DNA from: Bacteroidia bacterium
Lineage (GTDB): Bacteria; Bacteroidota; Bacteroidia; M30B66
Reading direction: 5' to 3'
NCBI GenBank assembly: GCA_965279035.1
Contig: OZ257142.1
Span: 3,936,001-4,000,000, forward strand
DNA: 64,000 bases
Shown here: positions 28,008-38,407 of the stretch, in pieces
How positions within the stretch are numbered: the first letter of the stretch is position 1
How the letters are laid out: the number at the start of each line of letters is the position of its first letter
Program-made: the position numbers and the translations under genes
The notes under the pieces: generated by a model
The model's database searches: none
Seen by the model: the letters and a program-made list of their open reading frames with translations, nothing else
What the model was told of the DNA's origin: nothing

Positions 28008-31000
28008 TCAATGTCCAATCATCACCTTCCTACTTTCCTCACCCAATTGCACTAAATACAATCCATCTGCAAAGTTCGACACCGGAATTTCGACTTGTTT
28101 TCCATTCCAATTTGACGAATAAACTAATGCCCCTGAAGAAGAAAATAATCGAATGATTTCTGTATTCATTTTTCCGCTAGAAGTGATAATTAATCGGTCG
28201 TTAGCTGGGTTGGGAAATACGATAAATCCCGGTTTTTGAAATTCATTTATTCCAGTACATACATCTACCCAAAGCGTGTCGCGTAAATTGCAACCTAATT
28301 CATCGGTGGCGGTAAGGGCATATTGTCCGGTGGTAGTAATAGGGAGACTTTGACCGCTTGCGCCGGTTGACCAATCATACGCTTGATAGCCTGATTCTGC
28401 TAATAAAACAAATGGCAGGGCACTAGAACACACCCGATCGGAACCATTATAATTCAAATTTAAATCATTGGTATTGGAAGTTGCAATGACTAAAACAGTA
28501 TCGGTATTCATTTGACAACCATCACTCGCCCTAACCCAATAGGTGCCGGGTAGATAGACTGTTAGCGTACTGTTTTCAGAACCATTAGACCATTCGTATT
28601 CCGAAAATACGTTGGTTGTAGTGAGCACTATTATTTGCTCATTGCATAAATATTTATCGGGACCTAAACTAACTACCGGAAGGGCTGGAAAAGGTGATAC
28701 TTGTGTGGTATCGCTCAAAATACATCCCGATGCTCCTTTTACTTTTACCCAATACAAACCTGTTGAGGTAACGTTTAATGAATCGGCATTGGAACTATTA
28801 TTCCATTCGTAGGATAGAAAGCCTTCACCAGCATATAATGTAAGCGTATCGCATAAATAAGATGTAGCTGGTAAAGAAAATGGCTCAGGCGCATTTGTTT
28901 GAACAAGCAAGGTGTCATGCGTAATTCCACATCGACCATAAACAGTAACCATGAGCACATCGGTGCCTGGATTTGCCCCACTGGTTAGCGTTGCATTTGT
29001 ACTTCCATTCTGAGCATTAAAAATACCGGGGCCAGTATGTGTCCAAACAGTTGAATCTTCAGCTGAAGCGAGAGATATTCCGTATAAATAGGAATTTCCA
29101 CCTTGGCAAATATTTTTAGGTCCCGCAATGGCTGGATTATGCGCATTTAAATAACCAGCAAGCATATTTGGGAAACTTGCCCCTGGAGTACTACTAAAAC
29201 TAACAAGAAAATTCGATTGCTGATAATTACAAGCAATACCATATTCATTCGGATTAGCGATGTAATCGATTTGTGGGCCGTTAAACTGATACACATAAAT
29301 TCTCCCATCAGCTCCCAAGACTAATTGTCCATAGCTTCCATATTGTGAAATATCAACTACATAAGCAGAATAAAATACTTCTGTTTCGGTAGTGGAACTC
29401 AAATCAAACTGACGTAATTGTCCACCTTGCCATTGTCCCACATAGAGTTTTGAATTATCAAGTGAAAACTCAATTCCGAATGGTTGATTTGAACCATTTT
29501 CATTTAAAGGAAGTTCCAACGCATTGCTGAATTGACCTGATTCATTGTCGAAATCAGCAATTACAATTTTATCACCTACTACATAGGTTGCCATACGATT
29601 TCCATCATGGGAAAAACGCATATTTCCGAGACAGGCAATTATCCCAAATCCCGGACGATTTTCTGTCCCAATAACTGAAACAACAGGTTCTGCATGCAGT
29701 CCATCTTGATCAATTAAAAAGGCGAGATAGGTATTGCTATTATACAAGCAGGTTCCAATCCACACATCGTGACCGTTTGCATGCCACGTAGCAGCTAATT
29801 TTTCACTTCCACCTAATAATAAAAGTGTGTTTTTGCTTGCAGGAATTACATCACCCAATCCACCATTAAGCGTCATATCTACAATACTATAACGTAATCC
29901 ATTAGCGAGACTGTGTTCAAAATCATCGTTCGTCAACACATAAAACTGATTTGGATTACCTGGATGCGGAACAATCAACACACACTGACTTGCAGAAGGA
30001 TTTCCCATCAAACCTGAACCATTAGGCATGATAGCATAATTGCGATTCCACACTTTTTGTCCATCCGAAAAAAGAAGCAAATTCCCATCTGCATCCGAAA
30101 TTGAGGAAGTAACTTCAGTACTGACGTCGTTTATTGGACTGTATTGTGGCAAGAAAACAGCCGTATTATTTTCGAAACGAATGGCGTTATTGACGAAAAT
30201 CCAATTACTAGTTGCACCCGATAAATCACAATTACCAATTTGGAAGAATTTAGTGGTAGAAGTATCACTGCACGTTTCGTTGCTTGTGACTAGATACAAA
30301 GAATGTCCACCAACTGAATTAAATTGTTGATTCCAAGTGTTGGAATTTCCTACGAGATTACCATCTAAATACCAAGCATACGTGAGTGAATTTGATGGCA
30401 AACTAGCAGCATTAATAGTGTCACCAGGATTATAAGGTCCTTCGGAAAACTGCATAGCAGCTTGAGATGAACATCCAACTATGATCACTTGACTTTTAGA
30501 TGTGGTACAATTGGGATCTCCATTAAATCCAGTGACTTTTATTGTGTAAACACCCGGAGAATTAAATTGATAATACAATTGCTCCGTAGAACTTATAAGT
30601 GTATCATTTACGGTCCATTCATAGGTTGTGGCATTAGTAAAATCTTCTAAACCAAAAAGGCCAACCATTCCATTTACAAAGGAATTATTAAATGATGTGA
30701 TATTGAGATTAATTGGAGCAAGCATACACGGACTAGCACATCCATTTGATTCAAGTAGTATGGAACGAGCTGTTGTTAATGCTGCATTCATGCGATCTGA
30801 TTGCCCACTAGTAAAATGGAATTGACATACTTGATAGCCATAATCCATGTAATTACTAAACATATCAGGCTGATCACCTAAACCACCATTTGCTACTGGA
30901 CGAAAAGGATTATTCACACTTAAATCATCATCATCCGTAGTACAGGTATTGGTAGTATTAAAACACGCTATTGCAGCCGTTGAATTATCGGGCGGAGTAT

Positions 31001-31787
31001 CGCAAACACGATCTCCATCGGTCTGACAATTAGAGTTGGCGCAACCACCTTCAAACGTGTGATATAAACCAAGATAATGTCCTGCTTCGTGAATGTGTAC
31101 TTTGGAGTTATCGGGAGATGTACCAAAAAATCCGATTTCATTTACGATACCATCTTCAGGTTGTCCTTGAGAAGAAGGGAAATTGGCATAACCTGCTACT
31201 CCACTGCCCATAGAAGCAGAGGTAATTTCGTTCACCAACCAAATATTAAGGTATTTATTTGGATCCCAACGAATGAGATTTTTCAGATCAGCATCTTGCG
31301 TTTCGATGGTGACGTTTGATAGCTCCGACTCGGTAAAGGTAATTCCATCGGTCAATTCTCCCAAAGGACCAGTTCTAGCTAAACAGAATTGAATGTCGGT
31401 ATTCACTCCTAGAGGATTATAATAAGTTCCAGAATTTGAAAAAGCAGCATTTAAATGGTCTATTCCATTCAAGACATGGATATAAAACAGCTGGAAAGGA
31501 TCTTGTCCTGGAAGATAAATCACATGCACGACCACAGGAATGGTCAATACAGAGCGGTCATTGGCTGGTCGCGCTTGCTGTTGTATGATACTATTCTGAA
31601 TAGCTTCACGCATTTTAAACGATGGATCAGATTCCCGTTTCGCACGTAAATATTCATCGGTAAAACAACGTGGTGGTGGAGTGTTTTCGGAATTCTGTTG
31701 AGCGAATAACGATACCTGGCTAAGGAATAAAAAAAGACATGCGTAGAAATACTTCATCATGGGGTAGATTTTGGTGAAAGATTGCAT
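28008..31787 (-). CDS. M43 (pappalysin/ulilysin-like) metalloprotease with PKD, beta-propeller, Ig-like repeats and T9SS CTD
   Basis: RCFTD Cys-switch-like propeptide; IPVVVHVI; WDPNKYLNIW; HEAGHYLGLYHTF; NYMDY Met-turn; CTD VFPNPA. Confidence 0.9.
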   Translation of the reverse strand: MQSFTKIYPMMKYFYACLFLFLSQVSLFAQQNSENTPPPRCFTDEYLRAKRESDPSFKMREAIQNSIIQQQARPANDRSVLTIPVVVHVIYLPGQDPFQLFYIHVLNGIDHLNAAFSNSGTYYNPLGVNTDIQFCLARTGPLGELTDGITFTESELSNVTIETQDADLKNLIRWDPNKYLNIWLVNEITSASMGSGVAGYANFPSSQGQPEDGIVNEIGFFGTSPDNSKVHIHEAGHYLGLYHTFEGGCANSNCQTDGDRVCDTPPDNSTAAIACFNTTNTCTTDDDDLSVNNPFRPVANGGLGDQPDMFSNYMDYGYQVCQFHFTSGQSDRMNAALTTARSILLESNGCASPCMLAPINLNITSFNNSFVNGMVGLFGLEDFTNATTYEWTVNDTLISSTEQLYYQFNSPGVYTIKVTGFNGDPNCTTSKSQVIIVGCSSQAAMQFSEGPYNPGDTINAASLPSNSLTYAWYLDGNLVGNSNTWNQQFNSVGGHSLYLVTSNETCSDTSTTKFFQIGNCDLSGATSNWIFVNNAIRFENNTAVFLPQYSPINDVSTEVTSSISDADGNLLLFSDGQKVWNRNYAIMPNGSGLMGNPSASQCVLIVPHPGNPNQFYVLTNDDFEHSLANGLRYSIVDMTLNGGLGDVIPASKNTLLLLGGSEKLAATWHANGHDVWIGTCLYNSNTYLAFLIDQDGLHAEPVVSVIGTENRPGFGIIACLGNMRFSHDGNRMATYVVGDKIVIADFDNESGQFSNALELPLNENGSNQPFGIEFSLDNSKLYVGQWQGGQLRQFDLSSTTETEVFYSAYVVDISQYGSYGQLVLGADGRIYVYQFNGPQIDYIANPNEYGIACNYQQSNFLVSFSSTPGASFPNMLAGYLNAHNPAIAGPKNICQGGNSYLYGISLASAEDSTVWTHTGPGIFNAQNGSTNATLTSGANPGTDVLMVTVYGRCGITHDTLLVQTNAPEPFSLPATSYLCDTLTLYAGEGFLSYEWNNSSNADSLNVTSTGLYWVKVKGASGCILSDTTQVSPFPALPVVSLGPDKYLCNEQIIVLTTTNVFSEYEWSNGSENSTLTVYLPGTYWVRASDGCQMNTDTVLVIATSNTNDLNLNYNGSDRVCSSALPFVLLAESGYQAYDWSTGASGQSLPITTTGQYALTATDELGCNLRDTLWVDVCTGINEFQKPGFIVFPNPANDRLIITSSGKMNTEIIRLFSSSGALVYSSNWNGKQVEIPVSNFADGLYLVQLGEESRKVMIGH

Positions 31788-32091
31788 GCGTGCTACCCAT
31801 TTGATGGCAGTTCAAATCAATTATTTATTCAGATTAAATGCTGAAGAAATGATTGGAAATTTTACCAGAAAATAGATATAAAACAAGGCTGGGACGATAT
31901 CTAAATATAGGAATTAAATATTAGATAAGTTTAACTAGTCAAATAAAAGCACCATTTCAGGTAAAAATGTATTTAAATCACTTATAAACAAGACATAAAG
32001 TTTAGTCCGACAAAAAAAAGAAAGTAAAGAATAGTGAGTTCGAATAGGACTTTAACTTTGATATAAAAGAGAATGAATGTATATTCGTAGT

Positions 32092-32382
32092 ATGAAAACG
32101 AAAGCAGAAATTGAGTTAAAGCTTCAGGAAATCAAACCTTTGCTTGCATCTAAATTTCATGTAAGTAGAATTGCTTATTTTGGTTCATACGCAAAGGGAA
32201 TTCAAACTGAGAAAAGTGATATTGACTTGTTGGTAGAATTTTCTGAACCAATTGGTTGGGAATTTTTCACACTTGAAAAATTCTTAGAAAATACATTCGA
32301 GTTGCCAGTCGATTTAGTAACAGCTGATGCTTTAAAAGATCGAATAAAAATGTCTATCCTGAATCAACTCCGGTACATTTGA
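32092..32382 (+). CDS. mntA: Minimal nucleotidyltransferase (MNT) antitoxin
   Basis: GSYAKGIQTEKSDID (GSx10DxD) and VDLVT. Confidence 0.88.
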   Translation: MKTKAEIELKLQEIKPLLASKFHVSRIAYFGSYAKGIQTEKSDIDLLVEFSEPIGWEFFTLEKFLENTFELPVDLVTADALKDRIKMSILNQLRYI

Positions 32383-32735
32383 AACCGTCTGAACGCGATC
32401 CAATTCTTTATTTAGAAGACATTGTTTTATCCATGCAAAGGGTAAAAGAATATATTGGTGAATTAAATTTCCAGGAGTTTAAATGGGATTACAAAACAGT
32501 AGATGCTGTGATTCGAAATTTTGAAATTATTGGTGAAGCATCTAAGAATATACCCAATCACATCAAAGAAAACTATAAACAAATTCCTTGGGATGAAATG
32601 TATCGTTTACGAAACAGAATTTCACATGAATACTTTGGAATTGATTACGAAATTCTTTGGGCAATTGCTACCAAATATCTACCAACAAATTATATTGATA
32701 TGCTAGCAATTCTTGAACACGAGAAAAACGCATAA
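32379..32735 (+). CDS. hepT: HEPN (DUF86) ribonuclease toxin
   Basis: DAVIRNFEIIGEA; RNRISHEY (Rx4HxY); 4-nt overlap with the MNT gene. Confidence 0.88.
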   Translation: MKPSERDPILYLEDIVLSMQRVKEYIGELNFQEFKWDYKTVDAVIRNFEIIGEASKNIPNHIKENYKQIPWDEMYRLRNRISHEYFGIDYEILWAIATKYLPTNYIDMLAILEHEKNA

Positions 32736-32824
32736 ACTTCAAATCAATAAAATTAATTTCAATTAAACTTATCATTGATTGTCAAATAAACAAATCTTTA
32801 ATATCGATCTACTTATTAAATTTA

Positions 32825-35662
32825 TCAATGCGCCTCCAACCAATTCATTCCAGTGCCAATTTCAACTTCAATAGGAACGGTGGTTTTAAAGGCGGTACGC
32901 ATGTGATGCAAAATAATTGGTTTTAAAATTTCGAGTTCCTCTTTATGCGCATCAAATACCAATTCATCATGCACTTGAAGCGTCATTTTAGAGCGTAAAT
33001 TTTTCTCTTTTAATTCTTGGTGAATGCCAATCATCGCCATTTTAATTAAATCGGCAGCAGAACCTTGTACAGGTGAATTAATTGCTTCCCGTTCGGCAAA
33101 TCCACGAATGGTGAAATTACGCGAATTAATATCTTTTAAATACCTGCGACGCCCCATCATTGTTTTCACGTATCCATTGGCACGAGCGAATTCTAGCGTA
33201 CTGTTCATGTATCCTTTAATTCCCGGATATTGTGCAAAATAATTCTCAATTAATTCAGCCGCTTCTTTTCGTGGAACTCCCAATCGTTGCGAAAGTCCAA
33301 ATGCGGATATAGAATAAATAATTCCAAAATTCACCATTTTCGCCTTGCTCCGCATTTCACGTGTTACATCCTCTAAAGCCACACCATAAACACGTGCAGC
33401 CGTTGCTTGATGAATATCGATGCCTTTAGTAAACGCATCTAACATGGCTTCTTCTTTCGCAATTTCAGCTACTAAACGTAATTCAATCTGACTATAATCC
33501 GCAGAAACCAAAACGTGATCCGCATCGCGTGCTATAAAGGCTTTTCGTACCTGTTGTCCGCGATCAGTTCGGATTGGAATATTTTGAAGATTGGGATTTA
33601 CCGAACTGAGTCGACCGGTAGAAGCAATGGTTTGATTAAACGTGGTGTGAATACGCCCTGTAACAGGATTAATCAAATTAGGTAACGAATCAACATAGGT
33701 CGATTTTAGCTTGGTAATTTCTCGGTAATCGAGCAATTTCGCAGCAATCGGATATTCCTTTTCGAGTTTGCTGAGAATTTCTTCCCCAGTAGCATACTGA
33801 CCCGTTTTTGTTTTTTCAACACTCGGTAATTTCAATTTATCGAAAAGAATTTCACCCAATTGTTTCGGAGAATCAATGTTGAATTCTTGTCCAGCCATTT
33901 CCCATATCGAATCTCGAAGGAGAATTAAATCGCTTTGTAATTCTTCGGAATAATTCGCCAAAAATGCTTCATCCACTTTTACACCTTCATATTCCATATC
34001 GGCTAAAACAGGAATTAAAGGCAATTCAATTTTTTGCAATACATCCACCACTTCTCTCTTCTCCACCATAGGTTGAATCACCTGCTTTAATTGCAAGGTG
34101 ATATCCGCATCCTCAGCAGCATATTCTACCACTTGCTCCACCGGAACATCGCGCATTGTTCCTTGGTTTTTGCCGCGTTTCCCAATGAGTTCAGTAATGG
34201 AAACAGGCGTATATCCCAAATAGGTTTCGCTCAAATAATCCATACCGTGTTTCATGTCGGGCTCCACGAGGTAATGCGCCAACATGGTATCATAAACAGG
34301 CAAAGAAACTTCCACCCCAAATTGACGCAATACGAGTAAATCGAATTTTACGTTTTGTCCAATTTTTAGGATGCTTTTACTTTCGAGCAAAGGCTTAAAA
34401 TAACTGAGAATTCGAGCTACTTCACTTTTATCCGAAGGTGTTGGAACATAATACGCTTCGCCTTCTTTCACACTAAAAGAAAGTCCTACTAATTCTAAAC
34501 TAAAATAATCGAGCGATGAAGTTTCCGTATCAAAACAAAACTCTGTTTGTTGTCCGAGTAAATCCGCCAGATTCTTTAATTCCTCCTCACTTTCTACACG
34601 GAAATACGTATGTGGAGTATTGCTAATATTTTTCCCTTTTTCAGTCGGTTCTGGATGATCTTCCTCAGGATTATTTTCCTCACCGAACATAGAAATTTGT
34701 CCGTTCGATGGCTTAGGTGCAGCAGGAATACTCTTCTTCACTTCGGGCGCAATCTGTTGATTCACGCTAAAATCAGCACCCAAAATACGACGCCCCATAC
34801 TGCGGAATTCGAGCTCGGTAAATAAGGCTGCTAATTTCTCCCGATCCGGTTCAGAAATCAATAAATCATCATCGCTCACTTCAATCGGAACATCCAAAAT
34901 TATGGTAGCAAGCATTTTCGAAATATGTGCCTGGTCGACAAATGCTTCCACATTTTCTTTCATTTTCCCCTTCAATTCATGCGAATGGGCAATCATATTT
35001 TCCATCGAGCCATATTGCTGAATGAGCTTCTTGGCGGTCTTTTCACCAATACCTGGAATTCCTGGAATATTATCCGAAGCATCTCCCCACATGCCCAAAA
35101 TATCAATCACTTTCAATGGATCATCAATCTCCCATTTTGCACAAATCTCTGGCACACCTAAAATCTCAATATCGTTGCCCATACGAGCCGGTTTGTACAT
35201 GTAAATATTGGGCTCAACCAGCTGTCCATAATCCTTATCAGGCGTAACCATATACACCACATGTCCTTCGCGCGCCTTTACTTTAGCAATGGTTCCAATA
35301 ATGTCATCGGCTTCATAACCAGCCAATTCGAGCATCGGAATATTAAATGCACGAATTATCTCTTTAATCCAAGGTAAATTGCTCTGAATATCTTCGGGCA
35401 TCGCCTCGCGGTGTGCCTTGTAAAAGCTGTGCTCCACGGCACGATTGGTCTCCGCAGCCGAATCAAATACTACTGCAATATGCGTAGGCCTTTCCTTCAG
35501 CATGAGTTCCACCAGCGTATTGGTAAAACCCGATGCAGCACTCACATTCATGCCTTTTGAATTCATCAGTGGATTCCGGCTAAAGGCAAAATAAGCGCGG
35601 TAAATCAAGGCAAATGCGTCCAACAAGAAAAGACGCTTATCGTCGTGTGGGTTGATGTTCAT
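32825..35662 (-). CDS. polA: DNA polymerase I
   Basis: 5'-3' exonuclease (LLDAFALIYRAY, EADDIIGT, GDASDNIPG), 3'-5' exonuclease (FDTET, YAAEDAD), polymerase motifs TGRLSS.NPNLQNIP, DYSQIELR, QVHDELVF. Confidence 0.98.
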   Translation of the reverse strand: MNINPHDDKRLFLLDAFALIYRAYFAFSRNPLMNSKGMNVSAASGFTNTLVELMLKERPTHIAVVFDSAAETNRAVEHSFYKAHREAMPEDIQSNLPWIKEIIRAFNIPMLELAGYEADDIIGTIAKVKAREGHVVYMVTPDKDYGQLVEPNIYMYKPARMGNDIEILGVPEICAKWEIDDPLKVIDILGMWGDASDNIPGIPGIGEKTAKKLIQQYGSMENMIAHSHELKGKMKENVEAFVDQAHISKMLATIILDVPIEVSDDDLLISEPDREKLAALFTELEFRSMGRRILGADFSVNQQIAPEVKKSIPAAPKPSNGQISMFGEENNPEEDHPEPTEKGKNISNTPHTYFRVESEEELKNLADLLGQQTEFCFDTETSSLDYFSLELVGLSFSVKEGEAYYVPTPSDKSEVARILSYFKPLLESKSILKIGQNVKFDLLVLRQFGVEVSLPVYDTMLAHYLVEPDMKHGMDYLSETYLGYTPVSITELIGKRGKNQGTMRDVPVEQVVEYAAEDADITLQLKQVIQPMVEKREVVDVLQKIELPLIPVLADMEYEGVKVDEAFLANYSEELQSDLILLRDSIWEMAGQEFNIDSPKQLGEILFDKLKLPSVEKTKTGQYATGEEILSKLEKEYPIAAKLLDYREITKLKSTYVDSLPNLINPVTGRIHTTFNQTIASTGRLSSVNPNLQNIPIRTDRGQQVRKAFIARDADHVLVSADYSQIELRLVAEIAKEEAMLDAFTKGIDIHQATAARVYGVALEDVTREMRSKAKMVNFGIIYSISAFGLSQRLGVPRKEAAELIENYFAQYPGIKGYMNSTLEFARANGYVKTMMGRRRYLKDINSRNFTIRGFAEREAINSPVQGSAADLIKMAMIGIHQELKEKNLRSKMTLQVHDELVFDAHKEELEILKPIILHHMRTAFKTTVPIEVEIGTGMNWLEAH

Positions 35663-35860
35663 GCGACGAAGATAGGGAATTGATGTGCTGATTTGCTAGT
35701 GTGATGGTGTGCTAATGGATGATTTGCTAGTTATTTGAAAATGTTTGATTTGTACTCAAGAATTCTAATTTTTTGGGCGCCCGGGCAGGCTATCGGTTCG
35801 TGGGAACTCACCTCTATCCTTGGCGCTTACGTGAAATTTAGATCAATTATGTGTAATTGG

Positions 35861-36180
35861 AAATTTTTGCTGGTAGCTGTCATTCCTCGGATTGAAATCC
35901 AAGGTTGCTGAAGGAATTTGGGACATTCCTATAAAACTGGTGTGCTAGTTTGTTGTCCACATGCAACCCCGGAATTCATTCCGGGGATTAAATCATATCA
36001 TGTGCAATTAGAAATTTTTGCTGGTAGCTGTTATGCCTTGGATTTAAATCCAAGGATGCTGTTGCTATTCTCGACTTTTCGTTCATTCTCTAAAACAGTA
36101 CTTTGATGCAGAAAGAGAAAAAAAACAACCTAACTTATCCTTGGATTGAAATCTAAGGTTGCTGAAGGAATTTGGGACAT
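35861..36180 (+). repeat. REP-like palindrome cluster B (4 copies) with duplicated linkers
   Basis: Palindromes at 35885, 35967, 36036 and 36139; GAAATTTTTGCTGGTAGCTGT and GGTTGCTGAAGGAATTTGGGACATT each occur twice. Confidence 0.8.
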
Positions 36181-36292
36181 TTCGTTTATACTATAAAACG
36201 ATACTAAGTTGCTGGAGTTATTGGTGACATTTCGTTTATACTATAAAACGATTCTAAGATGCTGGAGTTATTGAGGACATTTCGTTTATACT
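36176..36292. repeat. 50-bp tandem repeat, about 2.3 copies
   Basis: GACATTTCGTTTATACT starts at 36176, 36226 and 36276; the unit contains the imperfect palindrome TCGTTTATACTATAAAACGA. Confidence 0.85.
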
Positions 36293-36398
36293 TTAGAACT
36301 GCACTATAATGCAGCTTGCGTTAAACCAAACTTTCGAATAAACTAAATTTGGGATTTAAAATTCGAACTTTATTGTCGAGTTATTTGCTAAACACAAT

Positions 36399-36812
36399 CT
36401 ATTTTGTCGCTTCAGTTTCGTTACGTCGAATCTCCACTTTAGTCATTTTTCCGGATATTTTTCCACTTCGGGCATTGATCGTCATCATGCGTTTCCGACG
36501 AACCATTGCCCCTTTTTTCTTATCTAAATACTGATTTTCTGTGCCTGTAGATCGAATAATTTTCTTGCTCAAATAATCCCGCTCTGCTGTCACTACCCAT
36601 GCGTCACCATTGGGAGTTCGAGTGGCAGTCCAATCTTCCCGAAAACGCAAAAAGTTGATGAATTTCGCATACCGAATTGCATCTTCAGCAGTAAATTCGA
36701 GCGTGTCTTTCCGACCACTATTTTTAAAAGAAACATCATTCGCTTGGGCAAACTGACTGAAGAAAAGACTAATAGTTAAAATCAAAATTCGAGTAATAAA
36801 TGATTGGTTCAT
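36399..36812 (-). CDS. Hypothetical exported basic protein
   Basis: Signal peptide (…AQA), Lys/Arg-rich 137-aa ORF. Confidence 0.7.
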   Translation of the reverse strand: MNQSFITRILILTISLFFSQFAQANDVSFKNSGRKDTLEFTAEDAIRYAKFINFLRFREDWTATRTPNGDAWVVTAERDYLSKKIIRSTGTENQYLDKKKGAMVRRKRMMTINARSGKISGKMTKVEIRRNETEATK

Positions 36813-37116
36813 AACTTAATAATTTACTGTAAAGATACCACTGTTTTGCTGAAAAATATCGAATGAAAAAAGCTTAACACAAAAGAAACAATGAATGAAA
36901 AATCCGGTTTCGTGAATTAAATTGAAATCCATTTCATTCTTATTGAATTGTAAAATCTTCAACAAAAAAATAATAAATAATGAAACGATTAATTCTGTTA
37001 ATACTATGTGAATTCTTATTCATTTTTTCCGATTATTAATTTTTAAACCTTTAAATTAATTTACAGGGATTTTAGATTCGTTATAAAAATTCCAAATAAT
37101 TAAATACATTTCCCAT

Positions 37117-38400
37117 ATGAAAAAAAGTATAAGTATTTTCTTTTGCCTATTTGCATTACTAAAGATATACGCTCAAGGCAATTATATTCACACCTCAGGC
37201 CGACATATTCTTGGTTCCTGCGGTGATACACTTCTGATAAAAGGAGTGAATTATGCTCCTTACAATTGGGGATATTTAGCCGATGAATTAAGACTCGATC
37301 AAATTGCTCAAACCGGCGCCAATGCCGTCCGTATGGTGTGGTACACAAACAATAATGCAGCTCCAGTATATGCGAATTTAGATGCATTAGATTCAGCTAT
37401 TACGCGCTGTACTCAACTTGGAATGATAGCCATAGTAGAACTGCACGATTTCACCTGCACGAACGATGCTGCAGCTCTAATCACAGGTTTAGCTTGGTGG
37501 GAACAACCCGAAGTAATGAATCTACTCGATCGTAATAAAGAAAGCGTTATTGTAAATATCTCCAACGAAAGCTTGTATTATAATTGGGGCAGCAATCCAA
37601 ATCAAGCGCTAAGCAGCTATTTCAGCACCTATTCGACTATTATCTCCAACTTACGAGCGCATCCGGAGTTTAAATTCCCATTACTGATTGATGCACCTGA
37701 TTGCGGTGGTTCTTCAGATGCATTTGTCACCGCCTCTACAGCAGCAAATTTGATAAATGCCGATCCAGAACACAACTTAATTTTCAGCACACATACGTAT
37801 TGGTATGCCCAAACAAACAACGACTCCAGCATAATATATCAGCGTTTAGCCAATGTGTGTAATGCCAATATTCCACTGATTGCAGGAGAAGTTGCCAATT
37901 CTCAAGATGATACCGAACTATGTCAATATGCACTGAATTATTCAGCTGTAATTAATAGCTGCAATTCCCTTCAAATGGGCTGGTTAATTTGGTGCTGGGA
38001 TCGCGATGGTTGTCCCGAACGACAAATGAGCAGCGACGGGATTTTCGCTAATCTAACAACTTTAGGAAATGATATTCTAAACAATTCGAATTATGGTTGG
38101 ACTATTCATCCACCAGAAAAAAGTAAATACCTCACCACTGCCGATTGTAGCTTAGGAAATAAATTAATTAACGACTCGCATTTTAGTATTCAATTCAGCA
38201 AAACAAACAATCAATTGAATTTCTCTTCTACCTCAACTATACAGCAAATCCGCTTATTCGACAACCAAGGAAAAGAATATCCACTACATACGAATGGAAT
38301 AAACACCTATTTATCGAATGAATTAATTTCAGGCATTTATATCATTCAAGCACAGGATAAAAATGGCAGTATAATTCACCAAAAAATTCTTGTGAATTAA
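37117..38400 (+). CDS. Glycoside hydrolase family 5 (mannanase-like) with T9SS CTD
   Basis: IKGVN, TGANAVR, ELHD, NISNE (acid/base), FSTHTY, IAGE (nucleophile), GWLIWCW; SGIYII...KI CTD. Confidence 0.85.
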   Translation: MKKSISIFFCLFALLKIYAQGNYIHTSGRHILGSCGDTLLIKGVNYAPYNWGYLADELRLDQIAQTGANAVRMVWYTNNNAAPVYANLDALDSAITRCTQLGMIAIVELHDFTCTNDAAALITGLAWWEQPEVMNLLDRNKESVIVNISNESLYYNWGSNPNQALSSYFSTYSTIISNLRAHPEFKFPLLIDAPDCGGSSDAFVTASTAANLINADPEHNLIFSTHTYWYAQTNNDSSIIYQRLANVCNANIPLIAGEVANSQDDTELCQYALNYSAVINSCNSLQMGWLIWCWDRDGCPERQMSSDGIFANLTTLGNDILNNSNYGWTIHPPEKSKYLTTADCSLGNKLINDSHFSIQFSKTNNQLNFSSTSTIQQIRLFDNQGKEYPLHTNGINTYLSNELISGIYIIQAQDKNGSIIHQKILVN

Positions 38401-38407
38401 TTTATTT

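Noticed and set aside
36176-36292. Possible CRISPR array
   Set aside because: The 'spacers' are near-identical, there are only about 2.3 units, and no cas genes are present; this is a tandem repeat.
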